Shown: piece after piece, positions 1 through 11,350 of the stretch | Layout: each line of letters opens with the position of its first letter | Position numbering within the stretch: the stretch's first letter is position 1 | Notes under the pieces: generated by a model | Databases searched by the model: none | What the model saw: the letters and a program-made list of their open reading frames with translations, nothing else | Told to the model about the DNA's origin: nothing | Translations under genes and position numbers: made by a program | Assembly (NCBI RefSeq): GCF_016433145.1 | Contig: NC_058131.1 | Span: 31,255,705 to 31,319,027, forward strand | DNA length: 63,323 nt | Direction: 5' to 3' | Origin: Gracilinanus agilis | Lineage: Eukaryota

Positions 1-76
<76 letters not shown>
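1..76. repeat. (TC)n microsatellite
   Basis: Pure TC run. Confidence 0.98.
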
Positions 77-80
<4 letters not shown>

Positions 81-159
81 AGATTTGCCACTGTGGACTC
101 TCTCTCCTGACTCTTTGTTTCTGGCCATTGTCATCACTTTCCCTTGGGTTTCCTGCTCT

Positions 160-385
160 CTATAAGCCATTTTTAATACTGTCCAGAGGGTTTTCTTGGC
201 AAAGATAATGGAATGGTTTGCTATTTTCTTGTCCAATTCATTTTTCAGATAAGAAAACTAAGTCAGAATTAAGTTATTTGCCTCAGGTCACACAACTAGT
301 AAGTGTCTGAGGCCAGATTTGAATTCAAGAAGATGAATTTTCCTGACTTCAGCTCCAGCACTATTCACTGTACCATCTATTGTAT
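160..385 (-). mobile_element. MIR/MAR1-like CORE SINE
   Basis: Core motif cagataagaaaactaag...ggtcacacaactagtaagtgtctgaggccagatttgaa. Confidence 0.75.
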
Positions 386-399
386 AGCTTAAAAAATCT

Positions 400-1500
400 T
401 TCTTTTATTATTTTCTTCAAATACATGTTGAAACAATTTTTGAAAATAGTTTTCTGACATTTTGTGATTCAGATTCTCTCCCTCCTTCACTCTTCCCCCT
501 GCAAGATGGTAAATAGTCTGACAAAGGTTATACCAGTGCTTTCAAGCACTATATATTTCTATATTCCCCATGCCATGACAGAGGACACATATCACACATA
601 CAATAAAGAAACTCATGAAGGAAATAAAGTGAAAAATGGCATGCTTTGATTGGCAATCAGATTCTGACAGTTCCTTCTCTGGCTGTGGAGAGCACTTTTT
701 ATAGTGAATTCCTTGGGGTTATCTTGGGACCTTATTTTGCTGATAATATAATATTCTTGTTCTGGGGCTTCTCACCTTACTTTGAATCAGTTATGGAAGT
801 CTTTCCAAATTTTTCTGAACTCATCCTGTTCATTTCTTATGGTGCAACAGTATTCTATTACAATCATATACTACAATGTGGCAAGCCATTCCCCAATTGA
901 TGGACTTCCCCTCAATTTCCAATTCTTTACCTTATAAAAATAACTGTTAAAAACATTTTTGTACAAATAGGTCCTTTCCCCTATCTCTGATATCTTTGAG
1001 ATACAGTCCAAGTAGAGGTATTGCTGGTTCAAAGGGTATGCACAACCTTATGGTGCTTTGGATGTAGTTCCTTATTGCTCTCCAGAATGGCTGTATCAGT
1101 TCACAGCTCCACTAGCAATGTATTACTGTCCCAAATTTCCCACATCCTCTCCAACATTTATCATTTTCCTTTTTGGTCATGCTAACCATCTGAGAGGTAT
1201 GGAGTGGTATCTCAGAGTTGTTTTAATTTGTATTTCTTTAACAAATAGTGATTCCGAGCATTTTTTCATGACTATTTAATTTCTCAAGCTGAGAACTACT
1301 TGTTGATATCCTTTGATCATTTGTCAGTTGTGGAATGCTTTGCATTCTTATAAATTTGACTCAGTTCTCTCTCTATTTGATAAATGAGGACTTTGTCAGA
1401 GACACTTGCTATAAAGATGTTTTCCCAATTTGTTGTTTCTCCTCTAATCTTGGCTGCATTGGTTTTGTTTGTACAAAACCTTTTTAGTTTGATGTGTTCA
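400..1500 (-). mobile_element. L1 3' fragment (ORF2 C-terminus/3'UTR), degenerate
   Basis: Antisense L1 hallmarks such as gagtggtatctcagagttgttttaatttgtatttc and ttggctgcattggttttgtttgtacaaaac. Confidence 0.8.
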
Positions 1501-4289
1501 AAATTCTATTTGTCATATAGCTTTAAGAATTCCAAGTTGAATTAGAGAGTTCAAACCAAAACATTCAAATGACAGTAGTTTAATAATACAGTTAAGCTCT
1601 GTTTAGTGAATAAAACATCAGTATTTTCTAACACTGGAGGTGAACTTCACTTATTCTTGCTATTCCATCTTGAGTCCCCAAGACTTATTAAAGTCACCAA
1701 ATTATCTAAGTTATGGATAACACTAGAATAATTTCTCCTGAATAGTCTAAATCAGGAGAGAACAGATCCAGCATTTAGTAACATTCAAGTCTTTAGCTAA
1801 CTGATATGATATGTGTAGAAAAGCATTGCTGTATTCACTCACATAAGGGGTGGTTTCCTTGTTTAAAACAGCAGTTCAGTCCTTTTGACATCTTTCATCA
1901 ATTTTCTGACTGATCAGCTTAGAAACTATCCTTGATTAGTTCATGAAAGCCCAGCCAGGAGGCAATCCACCTTTGGAAACCCCTTTGGGAGCCAAGAACT
2001 AGGTAGGAACCTTTTTCCTTATCTAGGAAGCAGAGTTGAGATGCTGTGGCAAATGATCTGTACTTTGAATCTGCAAATCCTCTTCCCCAATGGGTGACTG
2101 ACTGACCTACTACCTACCTACTCTCCTGCTGGCTAATGTAGCACATGCTTAGAGTTCATTCTCCCAACACTCACTAGCACTGGCAGTTCAGGTTATCAGA
2201 GGTATGCTGCTACATCTTCCCCTAGAGTCTAGAGGAAGTCCCCAAGTGTTGAAAGGAAGGTAACTATCTTTCTTTCGATACTCTAACTCAAGAGCCCCCA
2301 TTGGTGTGCTTCCTTTTCCTCCTATGATTATCAGTTGAGATGAATTAGCCACACTTGGCTTTAAAAAGGTGATACTTATTATCTCTTCTATTACATTGTA
2401 AATAAGGATTGTTTTGCCCTTTGTACTTATAACCTAGCACTAACCAAAGTGCCTGGCACATAATTGACACTTAATATACATGTTGATTGATTGATTGGCA
2501 ATTTACTTCATACTCTTGAGGTCTAAAGGCTTGGCACCTTGCCATTTAAATCCATTCTCAGGACAAAATTTAATTATATTATTCTTAAGAATTATTCTTA
2601 CTGCCATTACAGAAAAGTTATATAGACAGTAAAAATGCTATTGAATCTGCAGAGCTTTGCCAATTTTCCTTCCAATCTGTCCTGGAAGATGACTCCCTCT
2701 GTCACTATGGATACCAAATCTAGGAATAAGAAAGGTTAGTCTTTAAGTAACTGTCATATCTGATTTCTTGCTAGCCACCTGATAGTTATGAAGTGGTATC
2801 TCATAGTTGTTTTAATTTGTATTTCTTTAACAAATAGTGATTTGGAGCATTTTTTCATGACTAATTTCTCAAACTGAGAACTACTTGTTGATATCCTTTT
2901 CTTGATTTCTTGAAAGGAAAAGCTTAAATCCATCCTGAATACTGTTATCCAGGAAATTTGAAGCAAACTAATGTCCCTTGGCTAAAAACAAAACAAAATA
3001 ATAACAATAATGTCTTTTAATTCTTTTTATCCTTGTTCCCACCATCCCACCACCCACACCACTCTTTCCTCCCACTTATTATTTCCTTGTACATGTGAGT
3101 ACCATATATCTCTGAGGGAAGGAAGGCTAAAAGGTTCCAGAATGGCTGCTGCTTCAGGGGGTTCTGTAAGACAGTTTATGAACAAAAGCTCACTTTTCCT
3201 CCTCCTTTGATCAGCCACATCTCCTTGGACATAATAAGACTCATTAAAGAAATCAAGAAATATAGGATTGAGGAACACATTTTTGTTGCCTGAGAAAGTC
3301 AAGCTGGCAAGCACTTATTAAGCACCTACTACATGCTGTTCACTGTGTTAAGTGCTGGGGATTCAAAGAAGGCAAAAAAACAGTCCATATACTTAGGGAG
3401 CTCACAGTCAAAAGGGGGAAGACCACATGTAAATTGCTATGTACAAACTACATTTATATATGACTGAAGATAATCTCAGAGAGAAGAGGGAATCCAGGAG
3501 ATTAAAGGAAATTGGAAAGTATATCAAGGGTTCAATGATGAGTTAGAAAGATCGAGCTAGGCTTCTCTTCACCTAGGCAATGGGAGTAAAATGACTTCCC
3601 AGGGTCACACAGCTAGAGAATATTCAAGGCTAGATTTGAACTTAGGTTCTCCTGACTCCAGAACTGGCCCTCTATCCACTGAGCCACCTTAGCTATCCTA
3701 TAATTTTTCATTTTTCCTATTTCCTCATATTTTACCAGAGAAAGATGTCCAGTCTAGAACCAGGTGTTTTGTGCTTAAAGTGAATTCATTCATTTCTTTC
3801 CTTTGCCTACTATTGCCATTTGCCCTGGATTCATTGTTCTAGTCTCACCTTTCACCTCAGTAGGAGAATTTGATTTCATACCTCAAATTCTAAACCTACT
3901 TTAGATTTCTAGGGAATAATTTTATTTTTTATTCTAATTGAAAGGGGCTTCCCCATTTAGGTGGCTGAAGGACAGTTAAAAAATGGATGGGGGAGGGGGA
4001 ATTTGCTATCAATAATGAAACAAACCCAGGAAGAGAAAATTTAAAGGAGTTTATTGTAGCACCCAAGGCAAAAGCATGTTAAATGGAGCCAGGTAACGAA
4101 ATTCAAGCCTCTTCCCAGTTTTTAGGTCCACATTTCCTAGTAAGGGTAAGACAGTCCTAATAGATGCACATTTCTAAAAAGGAATGGACTAGCTTCACAG
4201 ATTCTCCCTTATTGCTGCTTCATAGGGAAATGATACTGTTATCTGTTCTTCATTTTTCAAAGATTAATGGCATAATGGAGAGAGGTCTT

Positions 4290-4735
4290 GACTTGTGTGT
4301 GAATTGGATTTAAGTGAGGCAGAGCAGCACAAAGTCAGCAGCCTCACTCTCTTCTAGCTTCCACTGAAGTTCAGTAGCAAGACAAAAATCAGGATGACTG
4401 GCGATGGCCTGGGTTGCCGTGGATGACCTTGGTATCTTTGATGTCTGATCAAGTGTGTTTGAGCTGCCTTCAAGGGCCTTGGATTAAACTGTTCTCATCG
4501 GCCCCTTCTGCTGGGGAAAGTCTTCACATGCTTGGAGTAGACATCCCTCTAACTCACCAATGGGTCGGCAATATGCCAGTTACCTTCGACTTGGTTTAGC
4601 CCATCGTCTGAGATGGTTTACCAGGATATGGATGCTGCACATGCTACAGCTCCTTAGAGACGCAGTTGAGAGTTGGGTCACAGGTAGACACCAAAGGTGG
4701 ATGAGCGGCCCTCACACCAGAAATGCTGGTCCTCA
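4290..4735 (+). mobile_element. Marsupial RTE-related SINE/fragment
   Basis: gtgtgaattggatttaagtgaggcagag...gatgactggcgatggcc...caccaaaggtggatgagcggccc, recognised from memory of marsupial repeats; family uncertain. Confidence 0.45.
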
Positions 4736-6405
4736 CTAGGCAGCAAAGTGCCAGGCCAAGAGTCAGGAAGATAAGTTCAAATCCCAGCCTTAGATATGTA
4801 CTATCTGTGTGACCCTGGGAAAATCACTTAACCCTGTTGGCCTCAGTTTCCTCGTCTTTCATATGAGCTGGAGAAGAGAATGGTAAACCATTCCAATATC
4901 TCTGCCAAGAAAACCCCAAATAGGCACATAAAGAGTTGGACACATGTGAATATCATCAGGGAAATGAGCCTAGAGATAAGGAGATGGGTTGAAAGTTCAT
5001 ACAGCTATAAAAGACAAAGGTTGATATCAAAGTACGTGCCACCTTTTCCTACAGACTGACTGTCACATACTCTGGAAGACTAGCAAGACTGGAAGCAATG
5101 AGGTGGACTGACTCAACACACAGTTCAATAAGAAAAAAGGAATAAAAAAGATTACCAGAATGAAAGAACAGTCAGGAATCAGGCTCTGTTACATGTCTCT
5201 ATCACAGATTCTAGAAAATTTATTCTTACCATTATGCTAAAAAATTTCTAACCTTTAACCTATAATTCTATTGTGAGACATATTTATATTCCAAGCAGGG
5301 CAAAAACAAAAATAAATGTCCCACATACATCAAAATATTCAGAGGAACATGTTCTGTGTTGGCCCCCAAAAAATTAGAAATAAAGTTAATATCCATCCAG
5401 AGGGGGATGGTTTTACTTAAATTCTGACACATGCCACAGGAACAATGAAATATTCCTATGCTCCAAGTAATGATGAAAAAGTCAGGGAAGCATTGGAAGC
5501 CTTTCCTGAACTGATACAGAGAGAAGCAATAAGAACCAGAGAAACAATGTACAATAATGATGGCAGCTTTGTAAATAAAAGAATAGCAACAACAAAAAAC
5601 AAAGCCAGAAATAATAATAGGCTTGTTTTTCAGTGAAGAGAAAATGCCACAACTTCCTCCTTTTTAGGGGTGAGAGACTATGGAGGTAGACCATTAAAAG
5701 TGCTATCTGATTCACTTGATATTTTGGTTAATCTTTCTGAACTGTCTTTGTCCTTTTTAGTTCTTTCTTTAAAAGGACAGGGAAGGGGAGAGACATATTT
5801 GGAAATGTGGGTGGTAAAAAATAAAGTTCTCAATAAACATGAAACATTTAAGAAAAAAAATTTAAGTTTAACAAAAATGTGTCCTTGGTAATTAGGGAAC
5901 AATGAGGGGGTTTTCCAGTCTGCTGAATCTTTCCTCCTGGATTTCTAGGAATGACTCTACAGAGAGGATAGAGGTCAGTTATCTTGGGAGCTTTATTCCA
6001 TTAGCCTGGCTCCCCCATTAGCCTAGGCTCCAGGGCTGAGCTCCCAATCTATTCTAGGACTTTATAACACTTTCCCCTCAATCCACAATCAGGTTCTTGT
6101 TGAAAGGTGCTCTTCCCTTGAATCTGTGCCCAGCATTACAGGAATGGGGAGCAAGAATCTTCCAGAAAAGGGGCTTAACCTGTGCCCCTCCCAGAACAAA
6201 CTTTGTGTCTCTGCCTTAGGAAGTGGGAATTGCCAGTTTCTATCTGCTGCTTGGAAAAGACCAGACAGATTTCTAGAATCATCCCATTGCTCATTGGTGC
6301 ATGTACTCTGACCCCATATTACTATTCCTCTACCTTCCACCTTTCTCAGCTCCTTATCAGCTACTTTTCTTTCCTGCCCATGTTCCCTCCCTCTGAAACT
6401 CAAAC

Positions 6406-6456
6406 TATAAAGGTCCTGTCACTCATTGCCTGCTCAGACACAGAACTGCCAGACAG
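6406..6456 (+). promoter_or_regulatory. TATA box (6406-6411) and short non-coding exon 1 of the REG-like gene
   Basis: TATAAA followed about 45 nt later by the strong donor cag|gtaagt (GT at 6457); REG genes have a non-coding first exon. Confidence 0.75.
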
Positions 6457-6877
6457 GTAAGTAGAGGAAGGACCTGGGGAGGAAGGGTCACCTGGGATTC
6501 CAGCCTCACTCTCTGAAGAGGAGCAACCAAACCTCAGGGACAGGGCTGTCTTTGGGAGAGGGGTCAGCAGATGGCTATGGCAGAAGAAGCCTGCTGGAGG
6601 GGCCCTTGAGCCTCAAACCTGCCATCAGCTTCTCTGTTGTTTCTTGAGTCCCTGGTTTTCCACAGATCTGGGAAAGAAGAAAAGGGGTTCTCATGAGAAT
6701 ATGCCACCAGGTCTAGAGGGAGAGAGGAGGGGAGCACAATGCTCTTTTGTCCTTTCTTCCCTTTCATGATCTCATCTCTGGGCTCTCCTCCTAGCTGGGG
6801 TTGGCAGTGGGGGTTGAGGGGTTCATGGTGCTCTGTATCTTATGTCTATGCTCTCTGTCCCTTCAGATTCTGAGGCA

Positions 6878-6941
6878 ATGCTGCCCCTCAACTTCTCAGG
6901 GCTGCTCTTGGCCTGCCTGCTGCTCACAGGCCTGGCCCGTG
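6878..6941 (+). CDS. REG-like exon 2: signal peptide MLPLNFSGLLLACLLLTGLAR(G)
   Basis: Acceptor cttcag ends at 6866, ATG at 6878, hydrophobic core, donor gtgag at 6942 (phase 1). Confidence 0.9.
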
Positions 6942-9915
6942 GTGAGTCCTTCTTGTCCCTCCTCCTCCTTCACTTCCTAGCTGTGCTTGGGGACAGCCTG
7001 TGTGTATGTGGAGATGTAGAGGAGGAGCAGACCCAGAGGGAAAAGTGCAGGGGCTGTGATGTTGGAGAGGGGATGGGGCAGCCAAGAAGAGGGAAAAAGG
7101 ACATTCGGGAATTGAAGAGGATAGTTGTTCCAGGTCTCCCGTTATCTAGCCTCTTGTCATTCCTCTTTCAGGTGTGGATGCTGCTGCTGCCCCTGCTGCT
7201 GCTGCCCCTGCTGCTGCTGCTGCCGCCGCTGCCCCTGATGCTTCTGCTGTTGCTGCCCCTGATGCTGCCCCTAAAGCTGCCCCTGATGCTGCCCCTAAAG
7301 ATACCCCTGATGATGCTGCTGTAGCTGCCCCTGATGCTGCTGCTGAAGCTGCCTCTAATGCTGCCGCTGAAGCTACCTCTGATGGTGCCCCTGAAGGTAC
7401 CCCCGAAGCTGCCCCTGAAGGTGCCCCTGAAGCTGCCCCTGATGCTGCTGCTGAAGCTGTCCCTGATGCTGCCGCTGAAGCTGCCTCTGATGCTGCTGCT
7501 GAAGCTGCCTCTGATGCTGCCCCTGAAGGTGCCCCTGAAGCTGCCCCTGATGCTGCCCCTGAAGCTGCCTCTGATGCTGCCCCTGAAGGTGCCCCTGAAG
7601 CTGCCTCTGATGCTGCTCCTGAAGCTGTCCCTGATGCTGCCCCTGATGCTGCTGTTGTTGCTGCCCCCGCTGCTGCCGCTGCTGCTCTTCGGAGGTCCTG
7701 TCCTGAAGGGTCCAAGGCATTTGGCTCCTACTGCTATGGCTACTTCAGTTTTGAGGAGACGTGGTATGCTGCAGAGGTTGGTTAGGGGAAAATCTCCCAG
7801 CAGGGATGGGGATGCCTTTCTACTTATTTCTTTGTTGTTGTGTTTATCCCACTACCACTGACAACTTAGTCATTGGTAATAAGCCCTTCCTCTCTCTCTA
7901 GAAGGGTCCCAAAATCTTGTTTCTCCTTTTTCTCTGATCCAAGACTTTCCTTCTCCTCTGGCTCCATTTACTCTCCCCCTGTGGCTCTCTATCTGTGTCC
8001 CTTTGTCGGGCGGCCCCAGCCCTCTTGTCTTCTTTCTGTGGACCATCCTGTCTCCATACTGCTCTTGAAAGTCGGATGTCTATCTTGTCTTTTTTCTCCA
8101 CCTTTCATGAGGAAAGGCCCCATTCTCTCTTCTTTCCTTATAGCTTAGCTGCCAGAGACAGACCTCAGGCCACCTGGCCTCCCTGATGAATGGGGCTGAA
8201 GCTTCCTTTGTGGCCTCCCTGGTGGCTGAGAGTGGGGGCAGCCGGAATGCCATCTGGATTGGCCTCCAAGATCCTAACAAGGTTTGTCTCACACACCTGC
8301 CAGCCCCTCTGTTATCCCAGGTAATAGGGCTCTGGATGCATTTTCAGGCCATGCCAGCCCTCCTCCATTTGGAGTTTGGGAAAGAAGGAATTGGGAAGAA
8401 GTGGTGGGGCTGCTGAGGAGGAAGGCTCATTTCTGGGGGGATCTAATTTTCATGGCTCTGCCCAAGAGTCCTCAGTCAGAGTCAATCTGTTCATTTAAGA
8501 ACAATCTCTTTCACACGCATACCCAGACCTTCAAACTCCTCTTCCTCTTTCTCACAATCATTTATTTAATTGGAGGTCCGTCTCCATCTTGATGGAGATA
8601 AGACACAAAATTACCTAAGCTTTCCTAAGAGAACCAAGCAAACAGCAGACCAGGGAGGGCTGTTCACAAATGCTAAAGGAAAAATAGAGTGTGAACACTT
8701 TTTAAATACATGAATATCTCATCACCTGTGATTACATCATGTTAGGAGGATTCATGTAGTATCTAAGTACAAGATAGAGAGCCCATCCCCATCCCCATCC
8801 CCAGATCCTTGACATAGTCACAGGATGTAATCACTGATTTGAACACCTTTTTGTCCCTATCTGATGGGCTGAAAAGGCAGAGTCTTGGATGAGGACTCCA
8901 TTCGTTGGTAGGTCTACTTGTGCTTTAGATGGTGAGATTTGGGCCAGATCAGTGAGGGAGAAGTGAGGGAAGCTTCTATGAGAAGATGGGCTTCCTGTTA
9001 GATTCTGCAGATGGGAAATTACAGAATTTCAGATTTTGAAGGTATCTTGAGGTGGTCATCTAGTCCAACCTCTGCCCAAAATAGAATCTCCAATACACCA
9101 GACTCCCTACAATTAGCCTTTGCTTGAAGACCTCCAGGGAGAAGGACTGCAAAGTGACCTATCCTACTGCTGGGTCCCACTTCTTGTTGGGAGGACTCTT
9201 CTTTGTGCTTTCTTGCACTCGGTGCTTCTAAATGTGGTTGAGAGGAACAAGGCCAATCTCCTGTCCACATGACAGGGCTACAAGAAGGATTATGTAGGAT
9301 TTTGATGAATGGATGATTGTATTATTGGAAGAATTCAAGGAAAGAGCAAGTGTGGGGAGTTTTGAGGAGAATGAGGCATAGTTGTGGATGTGTTCGAAGG
9401 GGTTTTCTCTACCAACTGCCCTCCCCCTATAGAATGGTCGCTGGTTATGGAGCAGCACTGCCTTATTCACCTACCAAGCCTGGACAAAAAATGCCCCAAG
9501 CAGCAACAATCCTGGATACTGTGCAACCTTGACACCAGAAACAGGTGAGAGCAGAAGAGGGAGAACCAGCCAACCCCAATTCTCCTAACCTCACAATCAA
9601 TTTGTATCTAATCAACCTGGGCCCCCTCTATTTGCTAGACTATGCTTTTGGGGAGGAGAACCCCTCTTCACTATGAGGAATATATTTTCTCTGTGTTCTT
9701 CTTGTAACCACTAGCCTAAAACTGGTTACAAGTTTGTTAATGGGTTGGGGGTGTCTGTCACAAGGCTGGGGGCTGGGGCTACCAGAGTGGGGGCCAGAAG
9801 CTGCACCCTATCTGCTGGCCAACTCGATGAATCCCATTTCTCTCTAGGATTCCTAAAATGGAAAGATCAGCTATGTTTGAACAAGAACTTCTACATCTGC
9901 AAATTCAAACGCTAG
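6878..9915 (+). CDS. Secreted REG-family (REG1/lithostathine-like) C-type lectin, 328 aa, with an extended acidic Ala-rich N-terminal repeat region
   Basis: Coding exons 6878-6941, 7172-7776, 8144-8281, 9433-9544 and 9848-9915 all have AG/GT ends, and the intron phases (1,0,0,1) match REG genes. The spliced product has a signal peptide, SCPEGSKAFGSYCY, LSCQ, IWIGLQDP, WxWSS, PGYC and WKDxxC...YICKFK, with six conserved Cys. It lacks the REG3 EPN loop, so it is closer to REG1. The exact orthologue is not assignable. Confidence 0.93.
7172..7686 (+). repeat. Coding minisatellite, 12-bp unit GCTGCCCCTGA(T/A), about 35 units
   Basis: Encodes AAPD/AAPE/GAPE/AASD/AAAE tetrapeptides; 7501-7560 and 7561-7620 differ at only 2 positions. 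Confidence 0.95.
7172..7776 (+). CDS. REG-like exon 3: 171-aa Ala/Pro/Asp/Glu repeat followed by the start of the C-type lectin domain
   Basis: Acceptor tttcag ends at 7171; the frame is open for 605 nt and ends ...LRRSCPEGSKAFGSYCYGYFSFEETWYAAE; donor GT at 7777. Confidence 0.9.
8144..8281 (+). CDS. REG-like exon 4 (LSCQRQTSGHLASLMNGAEASFVASLV...IWIGLQDPNK)
   Basis: 138 nt, AG/GT bounded, WIGL motif, matches the REG exon 4 pattern. Confidence 0.93.
9433..9544 (+). CDS. REG-like exon 5 (NGRWLWSSTALFTYQAW...PSSNNPGYCATLTPETG)
   Basis: 112 nt, acceptor tatag, donor gtgag; resembles REG1 NRRWHWSSGSLVSYKSW...PSSVNPGYC. Confidence 0.93.
9848..9915 (+). CDS. REG-like exon 6 (FLKWKDQLCLNKNFYICKFKR*)
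   Basis: Acceptor ctctag ends at 9847, stop TAG 9913-9915, typical REG C-terminus. Confidence 0.93.
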
Positions 9916-10076
9916 AGATTACAAGCTCTCTGCCCTCTCAGAAACATCTCTCCACTCTCTTTACAAGCTGGCATTTCCCGACCCTTTGCCATCGCCCTCT
10001 TGCTCCCTCCTTTCCATGTCCTTCCCCTATTTATATTTCCTTGCGGTCTGCCTGGTGCAAAACCTCAGACAATCAG

Positions 10077-10082
10077 AATAAA
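10077..10082 (+). terminator. Polyadenylation signal of the REG-like gene
   Basis: First AATAAA after the stop, about 160 nt downstream. Confidence 0.7.
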
Positions 10083-10364
10083 CCATCATCTCTCTGAATC
10101 TGCTCTTCCTTGTATTCTCTTTGATTGAAGACTGACATTTCAATTAGGGTCATGGGTGGGGGGTGATGGAGAGAAAAAGAAAGAGAGAGGTGCTGGGGTG
10201 CGTGAGATGGGTCCTTTGGTATCTTCCTCCCAGAGGCCACGTTCCTTCTCCTATTAAGTCTTTGTGGAACTTTGTTGACCAGAATGATGCTGAGTCCCAT
10301 GGAGGGCGAAGGGAACATCTCCTCCATCCCAAAGGGTTGTGCAATAGGTATAGGCTTTAAAAGT

Positions 10365-10605
10365 ACAAAAGCAGATTTTTGCAAGCATATTAGGGAAAGC
10401 CTTTTTTTTAACCCCTTACCTTCCATCTTGGAGTCAATACTGTATATTGGCTCCAAGGCAGAAGAGCGGTAAGGGTAGGCAATGAGAGTTAAGTGACTTG
10501 CCCAGGGTCACACAGCTGGGAAGTGTCTGAGGCCAGATTTGAACCTAGGACCTCCCGTCTCTAGGCCTGGCTCTCAATCCACTGAGCTACCCAGCTACTG
10601 CCTAG
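10365..10605 (-). mobile_element. Opossum-type tRNA-derived SINE
   Basis: aaccccttaccttccatcttggagtcaatac...gtgacttgcccagggtcacacagctggg...actgagctacccagct. Confidence 0.85.
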
Positions 10606-10682
10606 GGAAAGTCTTTGCTGGAAGTCGTGGACATTCTGAATGGAATGCAGGGGGTAGAGAGGAGAGAACTAAGCAATAGACA

Positions 10683-11350
10683 TTTTGTGAGGGGTTAGAG
10701 CAGAAGTGCAATCAGCAGTCCCTATTTGACCTGGGATCTTGGAGAGTGGTGAAGGTTGTAAGGCTGAAGATATCATCCTGCAAGTCAACTCTGAGTAGGG
10801 GAGAGGCCTGTGTTCTGGTGGACAGTTTGCAGACATCTTTCCCTACCTGGTTACTTTTGGATCATCTGCTGTGGAGGAGTTGGTTCCCGGTATCGTGAAG
10901 ACATCTCTGGATCAGTTGTGAGAACTCAAACCCAAGCCCTCTCCCTCAGGTCCTTAGCCAAGCTGTCAATCTGGCAGAAGCCACGTTGGCTAAGGAACTT
11001 ACCCCTTTGGCTCCAGTCCTGGGCAGTTAGACATAGTTTCCTCTCCTATCCTCTCAAATTACAATTAAACTGTTTCTTGTTTTCTTCATACCTTAAAGTT
11101 CTCATAGCATGTGTATTTGTTAAACTCTGTGTTTATCCCTGGCTAGGTGGATCTGAGTTGGCAGTTAAGGCCTAACTGTCACTCCTGTCAACTGTCATTT
11201 CCCCAAACTAAACTAAACCCAGCTTCCCTGCTTGTTTGGTCCCAGACTATTGTCCATTCCTGTCTCCTACTCACCCTTCTGAACCCGGATAAATATTTAA
11301 GTTAACTCCCCTCTTTTCCCCATAAGAATTGCCAAACTGATTTTGTGAGC
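10683..11350 (+). mobile_element. Solo-LTR-like element
   Basis: Begins TGTGAGGGG and resembles the LTR-like insert at 22500; boundaries approximate. Confidence 0.4.

Noticed and set aside
7172-7686. Antifreeze-protein interpretation (type I is Ala-rich; type II is a C-type lectin)
   Set aside because: The repeat is Pro- and acid-punctuated with 4-residue periodicity and lacks the 11-residue Thr spacing of helical type I antifreeze proteins; the lectin domain is plainly REG-like.
6842-7861. ORFs 6842-7324 and 7334-7861 (Leu/Pro/Met-rich, +) and 7146-7715 and 7373-7720 (-, Ala/Gly/Ser-rich and Gln-rich)
   Set aside because: These are shadow frames of the 12-bp repeat. Only the 7174 frame joins the signal-peptide exon and the lectin domain in correct splice phase.
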